Positions 26,288 through 28,234 of a stretch of DNA of 28,234 bases are shown here, in pieces; the stretch's first letter is position 1; every line of letters begins with the position of its first letter. The stretch comes from a virus (taxonomy: Duplodnaviria; Caudoviricetes). The notes beneath the pieces were generated by a model that had not been told where the DNA came from, did not search any database, and was given only the letters and a program-made list of their open reading frames with translations. Position numbers and translations under genes: made by a program. The DNA is taken from positions 1-28,234 of the IMG/VR virus record IMGVR_UViG_3300020044_006063. One strand, 5' to 3'.

Positions 26288-26491
26288 ATGTTTACAGACG
26301 GAATAGAGTTTGATATTTATAAGATAAAGAGTGTTAAATTGGATTTAGAGACCTGTTTAATAACCTTTGAGGTGATATGGAGTAAAGACAAAAATAGAGT
26401 GGTTAGAATCAAAGAATACACTTTTGAGACTGATTGTAATGTTGATGTTAATGAATATATAAAGAAATTGGAAGACAACTTAAATGAGTAG
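26288..26491 (+). CDS. Hypothetical protein, 67 aa
   Basis: Tiles between neighbours; 8-nt overlap with next gene. Confidence 0.65.
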   Translation: MFTDGIEFDIYKIKSVKLDLETCLITFEVIWSKDKNRVVRIKEYTFETDCNVDVNEYIKKLEDNLNE

Positions 26492-27035
26492 AATATTTTA
26501 TAGAAAAAAATTCAGTGATTATCTTGGTGAACAAAGAGCCATAGATGATATTATTACCTTTTTTACTCAAGATATTGGACCCACTCCAACTCCAACACCG
26601 AGTAATACACCATTTCCAATCACTCAAACACCTACGCCTACTGTGAGTGTGACTGTAACACCTACACCAAGTTTTACAGCAACACCAACACTTACACCAA
26701 CCAACACTGCAACCCCAACTCCTACCAAGACAGCGGGGGTTACACCATCTCCTACAAGGACTTTAACTGCGACACCTACACTTACCCCTACTAACACACA
26801 AACACCAACACCTACTAATATCTACGCATTACCATCAAGTATTGCCGGATTGTTCTGTTGGTATGATTTACAAGATAGTGGAACAATTACTTTATCAGGA
26901 ACTGATATCTTACAAATCAATGATAAGTCAACCAATGGTTATAACTTAACTCCTGTTGCTACACCACCACAATACATCAATTCAAGTGTAACAAACTTAT
27001 TCACATTTAAGGCATTACAAGATTTAGTGGATTAA
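26484..27035 (+). CDS. Adhesin-like protein, N-terminal part (Pro/Thr linker plus start of a LamG/ConA-like domain)
   Basis: PT repeat, then GL.CWYD..DS.TITLSG..I..INDKS.NG...P.Y; domain appears cut by the stop. Confidence 0.65.
   Translation: MSRIFYRKKFSDYLGEQRAIDDIITFFTQDIGPTPTPTPSNTPFPITQTPTPTVSVTVTPTPSFTATPTLTPTNTATPTPTKTAGVTPSPTRTLTATPTLTPTNTQTPTPTNIYALPSSIAGLFCWYDLQDSGTITLSGTDILQINDKSTNGYNLTPVATPPQYINSSVTNLFTFKALQDLVD
26581..26818 (+). repeat. Coding low-complexity Pro/Thr repeat
   Basis: TPTPT units; [11 protein letters not shown] duplicated. Confidence 0.85.
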
Positions 27036-27040
27036 ATGGT

Positions 27041-28150
27041 ATGAGAGCAAACATATCATCAGTTCCATTTAATGCTGGAACACACTTTGCTGTTGTAGGT
27101 AAAACAAATGTTAATGAAACAATTATTGCAATACATACAGGTGGAACTATACCCAATATTGGAGCAACCAACTATGGTGGTTTACAACTCTTAGGAACAA
27201 ATGTTTATGGAGCAAACAATGGAACAAGAGCGGTATCATCACCAATACAAACTGGTGAGTCATTGTTCTTAACAACTTATGGTGATAATACTTATTCACA
27301 ATCTACTTGGATTGATTATGCCTTAACACAATCTTCAACAGGATTTACAACAGGAGCAAGTGTATCAAATGTTAGTACAATTTCTGTTGGTGGATGGAAT
27401 CCTACAGGATTAACAAATACAGGTGCTGAAATATTGGAAGTATTCTCATACAATAGAATATTGACTACACCTGAATACAATGCGTTGATTAACTACTTGA
27501 AACAAAAATATAGTTATGCGACTTGGATAGCACCACAACCAACTCCTACTCCAACGAATACCCCAACTGTTACACCTACACCAACTGCTACATTAATCCC
27601 AATTAGTCCTACCCCTACAGTAACATCATCTCCAACTCCTACAATTAATCCAAATAAGACATTAGGGTTGATTACAAGTACTGGTGGTGATTTAAGTGGA
27701 ACAACATTTAGTATTAATTATAATTCAACAAATTATCCAATAACTAATTTATATTCAAGTAATATTCTATCAGGAACAATACCTGTTCAATATCCAGCAC
27801 CTGCTGTGGTATATGACTTTACATTAAACCTTGATAGTGGATTCACATTATCATCTGTTGGAGTTTCATTTGGACAATATAATAGAATTAAAACTACTGT
27901 TGGTTCATCAACTGGTGTTAATACTTGGAATGCGACATTAGAATATTATAGTGGAACAACATTACTTTATAGTGATTCAGGACAAAGTGTTACAGTTTCA
28001 AGCAGTTCAGCATACGGACAAAACTGGAATGTAAACATTACATTTGATACTGGTGGTCCATCTTTCCAAGTAACTGCTAAAGAACTTGCAACTCAATCAG
28101 GAGATAACTTAATTACTGAAAATAGTGATATAATTGAAATACAATCATAA
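27041..28150 (+). CDS. Adhesin-like protein, C-terminal part (rest of LamG-like domain, Pro/Thr linker, beta domain)
   Basis: THFAVV..EILEVFSYNRILT..E...LINYLKQKY, PT repeat, terminal LATQSGDNLITENSDII motif. Confidence 0.65.
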   Translation: MRANISSVPFNAGTHFAVVGKTNVNETIIAIHTGGTIPNIGATNYGGLQLLGTNVYGANNGTRAVSSPIQTGESLFLTTYGDNTYSQSTWIDYALTQSSTGFTTGASVSNVSTISVGGWNPTGLTNTGAEILEVFSYNRILTTPEYNALINYLKQKYSYATWIAPQPTPTPTNTPTVTPTPTATLIPISPTPTVTSSPTPTINPNKTLGLITSTGGDLSGTTFSINYNSTNYPITNLYSSNILSGTIPVQYPAPAVVYDFTLNLDSGFTLSSVGVSFGQYNRIKTTVGSSTGVNTWNATLEYYSGTTLLYSDSGQSVTVSSSSAYGQNWNVNITFDTGGPSFQVTAKELATQSGDNLITENSDIIEIQS

Positions 28151-28172
28151 ATAAAAATTAAAAAAAAACAAA

Positions 28173-28234
28173 ATGGCAAATACGAAAATTAGTCAATTAC
28201 CTTCTTATACCGGTTCCGCTGCGGACATAAGATG
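28173..28234 (+). CDS. Start of a probable tail fibre-type protein (3' truncated): MANTKISQLPSYTGSAADIR
   Basis: ATG in long A-rich context; KISQLP N-terminal motif common in phage fibre proteins. Confidence 0.6.
   Translation, partial: MANTKISQLPSYTGSAADIR

Larger units (their letters stand above)
1..28234. mobile_element. Segment of a tailed bacteriophage genome (siphovirus-like, probable Bacteroidota host)
   Basis: Portal, terS/terL, prohead protease, capsid, major tail, tape measure and frameshifted tail chaperone are all present; no host housekeeping genes; Bacteroidota-type promoter motifs. Confidence 0.95.

Noticed and set aside
25262-27650. Pro/Thr repeats as DGR template/variable repeats or a DNA repeat array
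   Set aside because: Variation is at synonymous positions, no adenine-specific repeat pair, no reverse transcriptase in the window
1-28234. Stop-codon reassignment
   Set aside because: Genes tile densely under the standard code; the one broken gene is a frame change at a TAA, not an in-frame TAG or TGA

Overview
AT-rich segment of a tailed dsDNA phage genome (siphovirus-like). The host is most likely Bacteroidota, based on TAnnTTTG/TTTG promoters and A-rich start regions without Shine-Dalgarno sites. Layout: end of a head module (5'-truncated portal, head-tail connector); a leftward early cluster of small genes with two Zn-finger HNH-type endonucleases; a symmetric divergent promoter region driving a ribbon-helix-helix gene missed by the ORF track and an iteron-containing replication initiator; a holin-like gene; a promoter- and terminator-bounded ~100-nt candidate small RNA; HNH, terS, DNA methyltransferase, terL; tail chaperone with a T10 -1 frameshift; tail proteins; tape measure; an 878-aa multidomain prohead protease; scaffold, capsid, major tail protein; and Pro/Thr-linker adhesin-like genes. 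Most notable: the candidate sRNA with anti-start-codon loop sequences next to the holin-like gene, the protease that looks like a self-processing cargo polyprotein (HAD phosphatase, MuF-like and other modules separated by similar F/M sites), pervasive leaderless-type promoters, and no GATC found. No integrase, endolysin, tRNA or CRISPR array was seen. All family calls are motif recognition by eye, not database searches.
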